Positions 47,747 through 57,887 of a stretch of DNA of 64,000 nucleotides are shown here, piece by piece (within the stretch, counting starts at the first letter, position 1; every line of letters starts with the position of its first letter). The translations under genes and the position numbers were made by a program. The notes below the pieces were generated by a model. It did no database searches. It saw only the letters and a program-made list of their open reading frames with translations, and was not told where the DNA came from. The stretch is from an uncultured Alphaproteobacteria bacterium (lineage in GTDB: Bacteria > Pseudomonadota > Alphaproteobacteria > CAIYWZ01), in the NCBI GenBank assembly GCA_964497925.1, contig CAZCFE010000001.1, positions 77,370-141,369 on the forward strand, written 5' to 3'.

Positions 47747-48961
47747 ATGAATACGGATTCGTATGTTGTAATCGCAAGACGTCATAGACCGCAAAGATTT
47801 GCTGATTTGGTCGGGCAAGAGACATTGATCAACGTTTTGAAAAGCGGCCTGAAATCTGGAAAAATAGGACATGCTTTTGTTTTAACAGGAATTCAAGGCG
47901 TTGGAAAAACAACAATTGCAAGACTTCTAGCAAAATCATTAAACTGTCTTAATTTGGATCCCCAGCTTTATGAGCCTTGTGGTGAATGCTTATCATGCGT
48001 GAATTTTGCGCAAGATAAACATGTGGATATTATTGAAATTGATGCGGCATCTAGAACAAGTGTTGATGATATTCGTGAAATTATAGAAAGTGTTCAATAT
48101 CGCCCTTTGATTTCAAAGTATAAAATTTTTATTATCGATGAAGTTCATATGCTTTCAAAAGGGGCGTTTAATGCGCTTTTAAAAACTCTTGAAGAGCCTC
48201 CTGCTCATATAAAGTTTATTTTTGCAACAACAGAGCTTCAGAAAATTCCAGCAACCATCTTATCTAGATGTTTGAAATTTGAATTAAAACGTCTTTCTCC
48301 AGAAGAGTTGAAGCCTTATTACTCTGAATTGCTTAATAAGGATAGTGTTCAAATTGAGGAGGAAGCTTTAGATTTAATTTGCCATATGGCTGGAGGGTCT
48401 GCTCGCGATGGATGTTCTATTTTAGAGCAAGCGATTGCTTTGAGGCAAGACATAATCACGTTAGAACAAGTTCAAAGAATGCTCGGATTTGCGGATCAAA
48501 AATGGGCAGAAAATATTTTTGATTCGTTTTTAAATGGGAAACCAGATAAAGGAATTCGGTTACTTGAAGAAATTAAAGTGCAAGGTGGCATTGACCCAAA
48601 AATTTTAATTTCGAATTTTCTTGATATTTGTTATCGAAAAATGATAACGTGTCTTAAAAATGAAGATTTGAAATTTTCAAATCTTGCAAGGGCATGGCAA
48701 GTCTTACAGCAAACAACAAATGAGATGGCTTATTCTCCAATGATTTTCGAATCATTAGAAGTGGGTTTGATGAAAATTTCTTTTCTGAATTCGTGCGGAA
48801 GTATCCAGGACCTATTAAAAGGCTTAAATACTGCTCAAAAAGTTGGCGATGTTGTGGAAATTGACGATAAGAAATCATTATCAGATTGGAAGAGTGATCC
48901 AACTGTTCAAGCTTTGTTGCAAGAATTCCCAGGTGCAAATATAGAAGTTATTGATATTTAA
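47747..48961 (+). CDS. dnaX: DNA polymerase III subunit gamma/tau (compact, 404 aa)
   Basis: Walker A GIQGVGKTT, zinc module CGECLSC, DEVHML, and SRC. The ATG at 47747 is used because the track start at 47693 lies inside the SRP RNA. Confidence 0.9.
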   Translation: MNTDSYVVIARRHRPQRFADLVGQETLINVLKSGLKSGKIGHAFVLTGIQGVGKTTIARLLAKSLNCLNLDPQLYEPCGECLSCVNFAQDKHVDIIEIDAASRTSVDDIREIIESVQYRPLISKYKIFIIDEVHMLSKGAFNALLKTLEEPPAHIKFIFATTELQKIPATILSRCLKFELKRLSPEELKPYYSELLNKDSVQIEEEALDLICHMAGGSARDGCSILEQAIALRQDIITLEQVQRMLGFADQKWAENIFDSFLNGKPDKGIRLLEEIKVQGGIDPKILISNFLDICYRKMITCLKNEDLKFSNLARAWQVLQQTTNEMAYSPMIFESLEVGLMKISFLNSCGSIQDLLKGLNTAQKVGDVVEIDDKKSLSDWKSDPTVQALLQEFPGANIEVIDI

Positions 48962-49019
48962 ATTCCGTCGTGGCATAGTTAATTTTAAGTTTTTGATAAT
49001 TAAAGTTGAGGAGAATGTA

Positions 49020-49340
49020 ATGAATATTAATGCAATGTTAAAGCAAGCCCAAGAAATGCAAAACAAATTGGCTCAAGCTCAAGAAAAAATAGCACTTCAT
49101 ACACTTGAAGGTTCTTCTGGTGCGGGCATGATTAAAGTCACGGTTTCAGGTTCGGGTGAAGTAAAATCTATCAAGATTGATCCTTCTTTGTTGATTCCTG
49201 ATGATGTGGAAGTTTTAGAGGATTTGATTATTGCAGCACTTAGGGATGCCAAAGAAAAAGTAGACGCTTACTCTCAAGCAGAAATGTCCAGCGTGACAGG
49301 CGGCATGAATTTGCCTAGTGGAATGAAGTTGCCTTTCTGA
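49020..49340 (+). CDS. ybaB: Nucleoid-associated protein YbaB/EbfC
   Basis: MNINAMLKQAQEMQNKL...GAGMIKVTVSG is typical of the family. GAGGAG precedes the ATG at 49020. Confidence 0.9.
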   Translation: MNINAMLKQAQEMQNKLAQAQEKIALHTLEGSSGAGMIKVTVSGSGEVKSIKIDPSLLIPDDVEVLEDLIIAALRDAKEKVDAYSQAEMSSVTGGMNLPSGMKLPF

Positions 49341-49341
49341 T

Positions 49342-49935
49342 ATGTTTGGTCAAGAAATTCAACAACTTATATTTCTTTTATCAAGATTTCCAGGGCTTGG
49401 TCCAAGATCGGGAAGGCGTCTGGCGCTTTATCTTTTAAAAAAAAGAGAAGCCACTTTGTTGCCATTGATTCATACACTTCAAAAAGCGGCGGAAGCCGTT
49501 AAGGTTTGCCGTGAATGTGGAAATTTGGATACCTCTCCTGTTTGTTCAATATGCACATCTCAAAAACGTGATCAACACGTGTTATGTGTGGTTGAGGAGA
49601 TATCTGATTTATGGGCACTGGAAAGGTCTGGTGAATATAAAGGTCGTTATTTTGTTTTGGGTGGAAAGTTATCCGCAATTAATGGTGTAAAACCAGAAGA
49701 CCTCAAGATACCATTCTTGGTCGATAGGATTAAAACTCAAAAGATTACGGAGGTTTTGCTTGCTCTTAATCCAACACTTGAAGGCCAGACAACTCTTTAT
49801 TATATCAAAGAATGCTTAAATGGACTTGATATCAAGGTGACGGGTTTGGCTCATGGTGTTCCTATGGGGGGAGAGCTTGATTTTCTTGATGATGCAACAT
49901 TAACAACTGCGTTGGTAAGGCGTCAAGTCGTATGA
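49342..49935 (+). CDS. recR: Recombination protein RecR
   Basis: Helix-hairpin-helix FPGLGPRS, zinc finger CRECGN..CSIC, and a Toprim domain. Confidence 0.9.
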   Translation: MFGQEIQQLIFLLSRFPGLGPRSGRRLALYLLKKREATLLPLIHTLQKAAEAVKVCRECGNLDTSPVCSICTSQKRDQHVLCVVEEISDLWALERSGEYKGRYFVLGGKLSAINGVKPEDLKIPFLVDRIKTQKITEVLLALNPTLEGQTTLYYIKECLNGLDIKVTGLAHGVPMGGELDFLDDATLTTALVRRQVV

Positions 49936-50525
49936 TTTTAACATGTCCTCAATGTGCGAATAGATATCATGTTGATCGTCCTTCAAAAACAGCTGAAATT
50001 TTAGCGTCTTGTCCAAATTGTGCACATAAATGGATTTTTAAGGTGAAAGTTATCCAGCCACTGGAACTTGAAGAGGAGAAAGCCCCGGATATAAAATCAG
50101 ATTTTTTTGAAAAATGCAAAAAGAACCAAAAAAAAATTTTTATAGCTGTTTTTATTTGTGTGGTTATGGGGTATGTTTTGCAGCCTTTGGTTAAATCTGT
50201 TGTTGAGTCATTGTTTTCTCTTTTAAGAATTCAAGAATCTCAGAAAAAATCACTTATCGTTGAGGGCGTAGATCATTTTTTTGATGAGGTGTTACAAACA
50301 ATTACTGTTTCATGGGAATTGAAAAATGATACGAACATTTCTCAGAATTTAAAACAGTTCCGCATACAATTATTCAATAAGTGCCCGAAAAATCAAGGTG
50401 ATTGTTTGGTGAAAGAGGTTATTTTTAATCCGAATAAGGATATTATTCTTCCAAAAGAAATTTTGCGCTTTGAACATACTCAAAAATGGTCTATACCAAT
50501 TACGAAAATATATATCTTTCCTTAA
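49932..50525 (+). CDS. MJ0042-type zinc-ribbon membrane protein (DUF3426-like)
   Basis: N-terminal CPQC...CPNC ribbon, one TM segment, and a C-terminal beta-rich domain. Confidence 0.5.
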   Translation: MILTCPQCANRYHVDRPSKTAEILASCPNCAHKWIFKVKVIQPLELEEEKAPDIKSDFFEKCKKNQKKIFIAVFICVVMGYVLQPLVKSVVESLFSLLRIQESQKKSLIVEGVDHFFDEVLQTITVSWELKNDTNISQNLKQFRIQLFNKCPKNQGDCLVKEVIFNPNKDIILPKEILRFEHTQKWSIPITKIYIFP

Positions 50526-50546
50526 GGAAAATGGGGGAACTTTTTT

Positions 50547-51443
50547 GTGCTCAAAATAGGAACAAGAACAAGTCCGCTTGCGCTTGCACAAACTCAAATT
50601 GTTGTGGATAAAATAAAATCTATATATCCTCATTTATGTCCAGCAGATGCTATTCAGATTGTTCTGATTGAAACTCAAGGGGACAGGATTCTTGACAAGC
50701 CTTTATCTGAATTGGGAGGAAAGGGGCTATTTACAAAAGAACTTCAGGATTCTCTTTTGGATGGGAGGATTGATTGTGCTGTCCATTCTTTTAAGGATAT
50801 GTCTACCCGTATTCACGATCATTTAGCAATCGGTGCAATCTTAGAGCGGGATGACCCAGAAGACGTCTTTTTGAGTCATATTTATTCATGTCTTGACGAT
50901 TTGCCTGTCGGGGCTATTATTGGGACTGCATCGCTTCGCAGAAAGTCTATTATCGAGCATTATTATCCTCATGTGGAAATACAGCTTATTCGTGGTAATA
51001 TTGGGACACGTATTGAAAAAATGAAAAACGGACCTTTTTCTGGCATTATTTTAGCAAAAGCGGGCATCAATCGTTTAAAAATTCAAGATAATATCAAGCA
51101 AGTATTGCCAATTGAAAAATTTATCCCTTCTCCTGCTCAGGGAGTTCTTGTTGTTGAGTGCGCAAAGGAAAACACTTCTATCTGTGATCTTTTAAAGCCT
51201 TTAAATCATGGAATTACACATTTTGTCAGCACGCTAGAGCGTCTATTCCTAGAAATGCTTGAAGGGTCATGCAAGACTCCTTTAGCGGCTTTTATTAAAC
51301 AAAAAAATGATGTATATGATTTTTCTTATATGTATGTTTTGAAAGATAATAGATTCATCAATGAAACGATGCGCAATATTACAAAAGCTGATCTTCAAGA
51401 TGTTGTAATCGAGACGGCTTTTGCATTAAAGAAAATGCTCTGA
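50547..51443 (+). CDS. hemC: Porphobilinogen deaminase (hydroxymethylbilane synthase)
   Basis: Blocks KIGTRTSPLALAQ, GGKGLFTKEL, VHSFKDM, RGNIGTR, and the cofactor Cys in EGSCKTPLAAF. It has a GTG start. Confidence 0.9.
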   Translation: MLKIGTRTSPLALAQTQIVVDKIKSIYPHLCPADAIQIVLIETQGDRILDKPLSELGGKGLFTKELQDSLLDGRIDCAVHSFKDMSTRIHDHLAIGAILERDDPEDVFLSHIYSCLDDLPVGAIIGTASLRRKSIIEHYYPHVEIQLIRGNIGTRIEKMKNGPFSGIILAKAGINRLKIQDNIKQVLPIEKFIPSPAQGVLVVECAKENTSICDLLKPLNHGITHFVSTLERLFLEMLEGSCKTPLAAFIKQKNDVYDFSYMYVLKDNRFINETMRNITKADLQDVVIETAFALKKML

Positions 51444-52144
51444 TGATTTTGGTCGAACTGGGACCTGGTCACGGGACTTTAATGTGTGATATTTTAAGAA
51501 TTTTGCAGAAAATAGAAGCAAAAATAGATTCAGTTCATTTGATTGAAGTTTCTCCAAAATTGCAAAACATCCAAAAAAATAATATCAGGTCTGTTTATCC
51601 TGTATTTTTTCATGAGAATTTGGGTTCATTACCTCAAAGCCCCGCAATCTTTATTGCAAATGAGTTTTTTGATGCGTTTCCTGTAAGGCAATTCAATGGA
51701 GATCATGAAATTTATATTTCTTTGGATAATCAAGGGGATTTGATCCGGTTGGTTAACGGCGACATTAAAGAAAAAATGTCTCAGGCGATTGATTATTTTA
51801 TAAAAGCTCTTGATTTTTTAAAAATCAATGGTGGCGTTTTTATAATCATTGATTATGGAGAATATCAAGGACAAGGAGACACTCTTCAGGCTTTGGGTCG
51901 GCATGAATTTCAAGACCCCTTCAAAAATCCTGGTCTTTATGATTTGACTACACATATCCAATTTGGAGTGTTTGATGAGATTGCAAAAAATCAAGGATTT
52001 AAAACAAAGTTTCAAACCCAAAACGAATTTTTAAGTTTCCTTGGAATTGAACAACAAGCGAAGAAGTTAAATCTTGAGAAAGATCTCGATAGATTAATGT
52101 TTGATATGGGGACTTTATTCAAGGTTTTGGTTATTTATTCTTGA
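51443..52144 (+). CDS. NDUFAF7/MidA-family SAM-dependent methyltransferase, N-terminally shortened (233 aa)
   Basis: The ORF opens directly at SAM motif I, MILVELGPGHGTLMCDILR. The family C-terminus MGTLFKVL is present, but the usual ~80-100 aa N-terminal region is absent. Confidence 0.55.
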   Translation: MILVELGPGHGTLMCDILRILQKIEAKIDSVHLIEVSPKLQNIQKNNIRSVYPVFFHENLGSLPQSPAIFIANEFFDAFPVRQFNGDHEIYISLDNQGDLIRLVNGDIKEKMSQAIDYFIKALDFLKINGGVFIIIDYGEYQGQGDTLQALGRHEFQDPFKNPGLYDLTTHIQFGVFDEIAKNQGFKTKFQTQNEFLSFLGIEQQAKKLNLEKDLDRLMFDMGTLFKVLVIYS

Positions 52145-52222
52145 TTTTTTTAGAAAATAAATCGTGACAAATATTTCTTCAAGGGATATAATGAAATATT
52201 CGGTAAATTTAGGATAAAACTT

Positions 52223-52699
52223 ATGATAAGATTAAATCTTTATGTCCTTTTAGTTGTTCTTGGATCGTTTTTTAATTTATTTTGTGATTGCTGTTCTTAT
52301 AAAAATAAGACAGAAATTGTATCAGTTGTGCCAAAATCTACAATAATAGAAGATGTTTGGATTAGACCTTCTTTGGGTCCTAATGCTGCTGGTTTTGCAA
52401 CTATTAACGTTGATAAATCCAAAAAACTTATTGGTGTTGAAGTTGTGGGAAATCCTATTTCAAAAAGTATCGAATTGCATACCCACATTAAAGACGGCGA
52501 TATTATGAGAATGAGGGCAGTTGAGAACTTTAACATCAAATCAGGGGTTCTCTTTAGCCTTGCCCCAGGCGGTGATCATATTATGTTTATAGATATACTG
52601 AAAGATATCCAAATTGGTGATGCGCCCGTGTCTTTGCGATTTAAGTTTGATGATGGTCAAGTCGTGGATGCAAATGCAGTCATACGAAGTGGTCAATAA
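52223..52699 (+). CDS. Periplasmic copper chaperone PCu(A)C
   Basis: Signal or lipoprotein-like N-terminus. Cu(I) ligand pattern is IELHTHIKDGDIMRMRAV plus GGDHIMF. Confidence 0.7.
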   Translation: MIRLNLYVLLVVLGSFFNLFCDCCSYKNKTEIVSVVPKSTIIEDVWIRPSLGPNAAGFATINVDKSKKLIGVEVVGNPISKSIELHTHIKDGDIMRMRAVENFNIKSGVLFSLAPGGDHIMFIDILKDIQIGDAPVSLRFKFDDGQVVDANAVIRSGQ

Positions 52700-52705
52700 A
52701 AATTA

Positions 52706-54472
52706 ATGGCGGCCGGATTCGATTTTTTTCTTGAACGATTGAAAGATAAAATAATTTTATCTGATTTGGTTTCTCAAAAGGTAAAACTTAAAAAAAGGGG
52801 TGGACATTATGTTGGGCTATGTCCGTTTCATAATGAAAAAAGCCCTTCATTTATGGTTCAAAACCCAAAGGGAAGATATCATTGCTTTGGTTGTGGTGCG
52901 CATGGAAGCGCAATTGATTGGGTGATGAATACACAAGGTATGGAATTTATGGATGCTGTGGAAACTTTGGCCAGAAGCCATGGCCTTGAAGTTCCTCAAG
53001 ATACACAGCAAGAAAAACAAATTCGTATTAAAAAATCATCTTTTATTGAAATTTTAGATAAAGTAGCTCATTTTTTCACTTCAAATCTACATTCCCCACA
53101 AGGGCGTGAAGCAATGTCATATTTGAAAATGCGCGGCGTTTCATCTTCTATGATCAGTCAATTCAGGCTGGGATATGCGCCTCCAGGAAACGTTTTAGAA
53201 AGATTTTTAGTATCGCAAAACATTGATTTTGAAACGCAGCTATCTCTTGGGGTTATTGGTCAAGATCTTGAAAAAGGCCACGTTTATGATTACTTTCGTG
53301 ATAGACTCATGTTCCCAATTTTTAATCGTCAAAGTCAAATCGTTGCATTTGGAGGTAGAGCTCTAAATGATGATGTGATGCCCAAATATCTAAACTCTCC
53401 AGAAACAAGACTTTTTCACAAAGGAGAGCTTCTTTATGCGGGAAATTTTGCTGCCAAAGCTGTGCGAGAGGGACATGAGTTAATTGTTGTGGAAGGGTAT
53501 ATGGACGTTATTTCTTTGCACCAGAACGGCCTATGTGGTGCGGTTGCCCCTTTGGGGACAGCTTTGGGGGAAATGCAATTTGAAGAAATGTGGCGCATAA
53601 CGCAAAAGCCAATTTTATGTTTAGATGGAGATATGGCCGGAAGAAAAGCAACATTTAAGTCTCTTGAAAGAGCTCTCCCTCTTCTTGAGCCGGATAAGTT
53701 ACTCATGTTTTTGAATTTAAAAGACGGTGAAGACCCTGATTCTTTCATTAAAAAATATGGTAAAGATAAATTTCTTCAAGAAATTTCCTCCGTATCGTCA
53801 ACATTTGATTATATGTGGAATTTTTTTAAAACGCAGCAATCCATTAAAACACCTGAAGGCCTTGCTTTGTTTTCTAAGAATTTTAAAGAGATCTTAAAAG
53901 TCATAGGATCGGCCGATTTGAAAACGGCATATTTTGAAGAATTCTACAAACGGTACAATCTAGAGTTTAAAAACTCATCTGGAAAAATAGTCGATAAATC
54001 AATATCTTTGACTCCTAAATTAAATGCGCGAAAAAAAATGCTTGAAGTATTAATACAAGCGATTATTATAAGGCCACAACTTTTACCTTTAGTGGAAGCT
54101 GATTTTTTGAATATGAGAGTTTTTGAAGGTATGGAATCCTTACATAAATCTATCGTAAGTTATTATTTATCAAACCAGCCTCTTGAAAAAGACATGCTTG
54201 AGCTTTATTTAAAGAGTAATGAAGTATTTACTCAAAACCCGAATTCTTTACAAAGTGTTGGATTTAAAGATCTTTTAAGTTCCTCTTCTAAAGGTATCGA
54301 AACAGCAGCAAAAGAATGGCTAGAGCTTTATTATCGTTGGTCAGATTTTGAAGAGATTAGAAATTTCAAGATAGGTAATATAAAAAAGGATGATCAAGGA
54401 TATCCAGACGTAATTCGTGCGCGTATTCTTGAGCTGCAAGAAACGTTGCAAAATAAAAGTACAGATAAATGA
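52706..54472 (+). CDS. dnaG: DNA primase
   Basis: Zinc finger [11 protein letters not shown]...CFGCGAHG, Toprim motifs VEGYMDV and DGDMAGRKA, and a C-terminal helicase-binding region. Confidence 0.9.
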   Translation: MAAGFDFFLERLKDKIILSDLVSQKVKLKKRGGHYVGLCPFHNEKSPSFMVQNPKGRYHCFGCGAHGSAIDWVMNTQGMEFMDAVETLARSHGLEVPQDTQQEKQIRIKKSSFIEILDKVAHFFTSNLHSPQGREAMSYLKMRGVSSSMISQFRLGYAPPGNVLERFLVSQNIDFETQLSLGVIGQDLEKGHVYDYFRDRLMFPIFNRQSQIVAFGGRALNDDVMPKYLNSPETRLFHKGELLYAGNFAAKAVREGHELIVVEGYMDVISLHQNGLCGAVAPLGTALGEMQFEEMWRITQKPILCLDGDMAGRKATFKSLERALPLLEPDKLLMFLNLKDGEDPDSFIKKYGKDKFLQEISSVSSTFDYMWNFFKTQQSIKTPEGLALFSKNFKEILKVIGSADLKTAYFEEFYKRYNLEFKNSSGKIVDKSISLTPKLNARKKMLEVLIQAIIIRPQLLPLVEADFLNMRVFEGMESLHKSIVSYYLSNQPLEKDMLELYLKSNEVFTQNPNSLQSVGFKDLLSSSSKGIETAAKEWLELYYRWSDFEEIRNFKIGNIKKDDQGYPDVIRARILELQETLQNKSTDK

Positions 54473-54485
54473 AAAGAGGTACAAA

Positions 54486-56468
54486 GTGACACAAAAAAAT
54501 AACTTAAGAACAGTTGATGAAGAAGCAGAAGATTTATCCTTAACCCCAAACATGATTAATGCTTTAAAAAAGCTGATTGCAAAATCCAAAGAGCAAGGAT
54601 TTGTAACGTACGATGATTTGAACTCAACCTTACCTCAAGAAAAATTAACGCCAGATCAACTTGAAGAAGCAATGACGCTTATTACAGACAGTAGCATTCT
54701 AATTTTAGAGGATGGGGCAGAGCAAACAGCCGCGTCTATGGAATCTATGGAAGAAGGGTTGCCTGATGATGAAGAGGCCCTGTTGAACGGTTCTTCTGAA
54801 GTTCCAGTAGAGTATAGCCGTACGGATGATCCTGTGCGTATGTATCTGCGTGAAATGGGAAATGTAGAGCTTTTAACGCGCGAAGGTGAAATAGAGATTG
54901 CAAAACGCATTGAAGCTGGACGCTTAATGATGTATGAAGCAATTTGTGAAAGTCCTCTTACAATGCAAGCCATTTCATCTTGGCGTGAAGCAATTATTGC
55001 AGGAGATGTCAGCTTACGTGATGTGATTGCAATTGATGCCATGTATGGTGAAGAGCCAAACTTAATTGAAGAAGATGGTGAAGTTGTTGAAATTAAAGAA
55101 GAAAAAGATCAAGATTCATCTGGAGAAGGTGCGGCACCAAATCCATTGGATGATCTAGAATACAATGAAGATGCTCCAGAAGTTGCCACAGAGGAAGACG
55201 TCTCTATTTCAATGGCGATGATGGAAGAAACTCTGACCCCGCAAGTTTTAGAAACTTTTCAAAATGTCACACAATTGAATGAAAAACTAAGAGGACTTCA
55301 AATTTTAAGACTTTCAAAAATGCGTGAAGGCAAAACTTTGAAAAAAAATCAAGAAGATGAATACAATTCTCTTAAGGAAGAGATGGTGACACTAATTGCC
55401 GGTGTCCATCTTCACCCTGCGCGAATTGATCAGCTTGTTCAGCAAATGTACGGGATGAATAAAACATTGTTAGGCCTTGAAGGAAAACTTTTAAGGCTTG
55501 CTCAAAGCAAAGGAGTTCAACGTTCAGAATTTCTTGAGACATACTTTGGAGCAGAGGAAGATCCTCAGTGGATGGATTCAGTTGCAGGAAAAAGCACAGT
55601 ATGGGCTGACTTTATTAAAAAAGATAAAAAAGAACTTGTCAAGCTTCGTTCTCAAGTTCAAGAAATATCAAAAACAGCATCTCTTCCGATTTCTGAATTT
55701 AGGCGTATTTTATCAACGCTTCAACGTGGTGAAAAAGATATGGTTAAGGCAAAGAAAGATATGATTGAGGCTAACCTTCGTCTTGTTATTTCTATTGCAA
55801 AAAAATATACAAATAGAGGGTTGCAATTTCTGGATTTAATCCAAGAAGGAAATATCGGCTTGATGAAAGCTGTTGATAAATTTGAATATCAAAGAGGTTA
55901 TAAATTTTCAACATATGCCACTTGGTGGATAAGGCAAGCAATTACAAGATCAATTGCAGATCAGGCACGCACTATTCGTATTCCTGTGCATATGATTGAA
56001 ACAATTAATAAAATGATTCGTATGTCACGTCAAATGCTCAATGAACTTGGCAGAGAGCCTATGCCAGAAGAGCTAGCAGAAAGACTTGCAATGCCTGTTG
56101 ATAAGGTTCGAAAAGTGATGAAAATTGCAAAAGAGCCTATTAGTTTGGAAACGCCGGTTGGAGATGAAGAAGATAGCCATTTGGGAGATTTCATCGAAGA
56201 TAAAAATGTTGTTTCTCCTATGGATGCGGCCATTCAGACAAATTTACGTGATGCAATGGGAAGAATTCTGGCAAGCCTCACCCCAAGAGAAGAACGTGTC
56301 CTTCGTATGCGTTTTGGAATTGGAATGGCTTCTGATCACACTTTGGAAGAGGTGGGTCAACAGTTTGCCGTGACGCGTGAGCGAATTCGTCAGATCGAAG
56401 CAAAAGCACTTCGAAAGCTTAAACACCCGAGCCGTTCTCGGAGGCTCCGCAGCTTTCTTGACACTTGA
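54486..56468 (+). CDS. rpoD: RNA polymerase primary sigma factor
   Basis: Acidic region 1, region 2 [15 protein letters not shown], and region 4.2 [30 protein letters not shown]. The GTG at 54486 is preceded by AAGAGG, and I discarded the track extension that overlaps dnaG. Confidence 0.9.
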   Translation: MTQKNNLRTVDEEAEDLSLTPNMINALKKLIAKSKEQGFVTYDDLNSTLPQEKLTPDQLEEAMTLITDSSILILEDGAEQTAASMESMEEGLPDDEEALLNGSSEVPVEYSRTDDPVRMYLREMGNVELLTREGEIEIAKRIEAGRLMMYEAICESPLTMQAISSWREAIIAGDVSLRDVIAIDAMYGEEPNLIEEDGEVVEIKEEKDQDSSGEGAAPNPLDDLEYNEDAPEVATEEDVSISMAMMEETLTPQVLETFQNVTQLNEKLRGLQILRLSKMREGKTLKKNQEDEYNSLKEEMVTLIAGVHLHPARIDQLVQQMYGMNKTLLGLEGKLLRLAQSKGVQRSEFLETYFGAEEDPQWMDSVAGKSTVWADFIKKDKKELVKLRSQVQEISKTASLPISEFRRILSTLQRGEKDMVKAKKDMIEANLRLVISIAKKYTNRGLQFLDLIQEGNIGLMKAVDKFEYQRGYKFSTYATWWIRQAITRSIADQARTIRIPVHMIETINKMIRMSRQMLNELGREPMPEELAERLAMPVDKVRKVMKIAKEPISLETPVGDEEDSHLGDFIEDKNVVSPMDAAIQTNLRDAMGRILASLTPREERVLRMRFGIGMASDHTLEEVGQQFAVTRERIRQIEAKALRKLKHPSRSRRLRSFLDT

Positions 56469-57792
56469 TTAAGTTAGAAAAAGACATCGAAGGGGACTTT
56501 TTTAAAGGAGTCCCCGTTGGCTGAAAACAAGGGCTCTTTGATCCCCATGCACTGTTTATATCTCCGGTTGCCGCTCTTCTGGTTCTTGTTTTAGGAACAG
56601 ACGTACGTTCTTTTGTGGGCAAAAGAAAAAATCCTTTAAAGTTCATGATATCTGTAGGGTCTTTTTTATGGTAGTCTAAACGTGCGGTTGTGTCATCAAA
56701 AGTGACACGTAAAGTCGTTTTCTTTTCCTTCTTTCTTTGTAGGGGCATGCTTTTCTTCTGTTGTAATTCTGTTAATTTATTTATAGAGCCATCCCATAAA
56801 AATGAACAAACAGCTTCTTTATTGTCAGGTTCATGAATCATAACATGATCAGCTGCTGTGCTTATAGCTGTTAATCGCTCCACTCTTCTTTGTTGTCTGG
56901 CAAAAACAACACTTTCCAAATACTGCTCTTGTTTTAATTGCATTAAAGTTAGTTGCACTTGTAAATCAGTTTCTTCCTCCAAATCCCTATTTCGTATTTC
57001 TTGCAGCAGAAGTTGTTCTGTGTACTGTGGTGGAGCGCTTTCATCATCTTCACCTTCTACAACGAACATCCACATTTTCGCTAAAATATCATCAATTGAT
57101 TTTTGGTTATCCCATAATTTTAATATATCTTCTCGTTTTTCTGGAAGTCTTTCTGTTTTAACAGCATCTTTTATAAACCCATCTGTCTCATTATGTGAAA
57201 ATGTTTTATTAAATAAAAAGAAATTTATGATTATGATAATTTGAATATTTTCATGATCACGCTTTTCTTGCCATCCTTGAAATTTTCGTTTCTGAAGATT
57301 TTCTTGAGTTTTTGGAGCAAGGGGCGCGAACTCTTCAATGCCTGAAATAATCGATATCAGATCAGGATGAGCCCTTTCTTTTTCCAATATCTGTTCTTCT
57401 TCCCAGGCTTCCTCATTTGTGTCTAAAATCCAGCCTTGTTGGTAAGAGCTTTGAACCGCAGCTTCATAGTATTCGGGGCGCGTGGTTTTGAGTAATAACT
57501 CATAAGGTGGGTATTCTGTGTGAATAAAAGGACCCTGGAGCAATTGCCTTCGGCTATATTCCCATCTTCTGTACTTGAGGCCAGATAGGAAAGTATAAGG
57601 GAAATTCTCTTTGATTCTCAATTCAAAGTGGGGGGAATTTGAGATTTCTTCTTGAATGTCGACTGAAGAAAGGCTAGCTGAGGTATCTGTGACGCCAGAT
57701 GAATTGCTAAATGTTCGAAGCCTTTCTTCGGATGCAAATAGCCAAGATTGGAAAAAACATAAAATAAAGAATATGGATGAGAGATTGATCAT
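56419..57792 (-). CDS. Secreted 457-aa hypothetical protein with an acidic core and a basic disordered C-terminal tail
   Basis: Signal peptide [21 protein letters not shown]; no recognisable domain. The last 50 nt overlap the 3' end of rpoD on the opposite strand. Confidence 0.55.
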   Translation of the reverse strand: MINLSSIFFILCFFQSWLFASEERLRTFSNSSGVTDTSASLSSVDIQEEISNSPHFELRIKENFPYTFLSGLKYRRWEYSRRQLLQGPFIHTEYPPYELLLKTTRPEYYEAAVQSSYQQGWILDTNEEAWEEEQILEKERAHPDLISIISGIEEFAPLAPKTQENLQKRKFQGWQEKRDHENIQIIIIINFFLFNKTFSHNETDGFIKDAVKTERLPEKREDILKLWDNQKSIDDILAKMWMFVVEGEDDESAPPQYTEQLLLQEIRNRDLEEETDLQVQLTLMQLKQEQYLESVVFARQQRRVERLTAISTAADHVMIHEPDNKEAVCSFLWDGSINKLTELQQKKSMPLQRKKEKKTTLRVTFDDTTARLDYHKKDPTDIMNFKGFFLLPTKERTSVPKTRTRRAATGDINSAWGSKSPCFQPTGTPLKKSPSMSFSNLIKCQESCGASENGSGV

Positions 57793-57887
57793 TTATTTTC
57801 TCCTGAAAATCAAAATTGATAAAGATAGGCTTATAAGAAGGGTATCATATATTAGTCAATAAAAGATTAACGAAAGGTTAATTAACG

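Noticed and set aside
47747-48961. Programmed -1 frameshift site in dnaX (A AAA AAG type), as in E. coli.
   Set aside because: I saw no A AAA AAG heptamer with a downstream structure in the gene. The short 404-aa product still carries the typical alphaproteobacterial C-terminal block (FPGANIEVI).
57867-57881. TTAA-N7-TTAA (TTAACGAAAGGTTAA), a CtrA-box-like site in the divergent promoter region between the two orphan secreted-protein genes. It also forms a direct ATTAACGA repeat 15 nt apart.
   Set aside because: In DNA this AT-rich I roughly expect several such sites per window by chance. There is no second site or other supporting context. It is worth a look only if a genome-wide CtrA motif scan is done.
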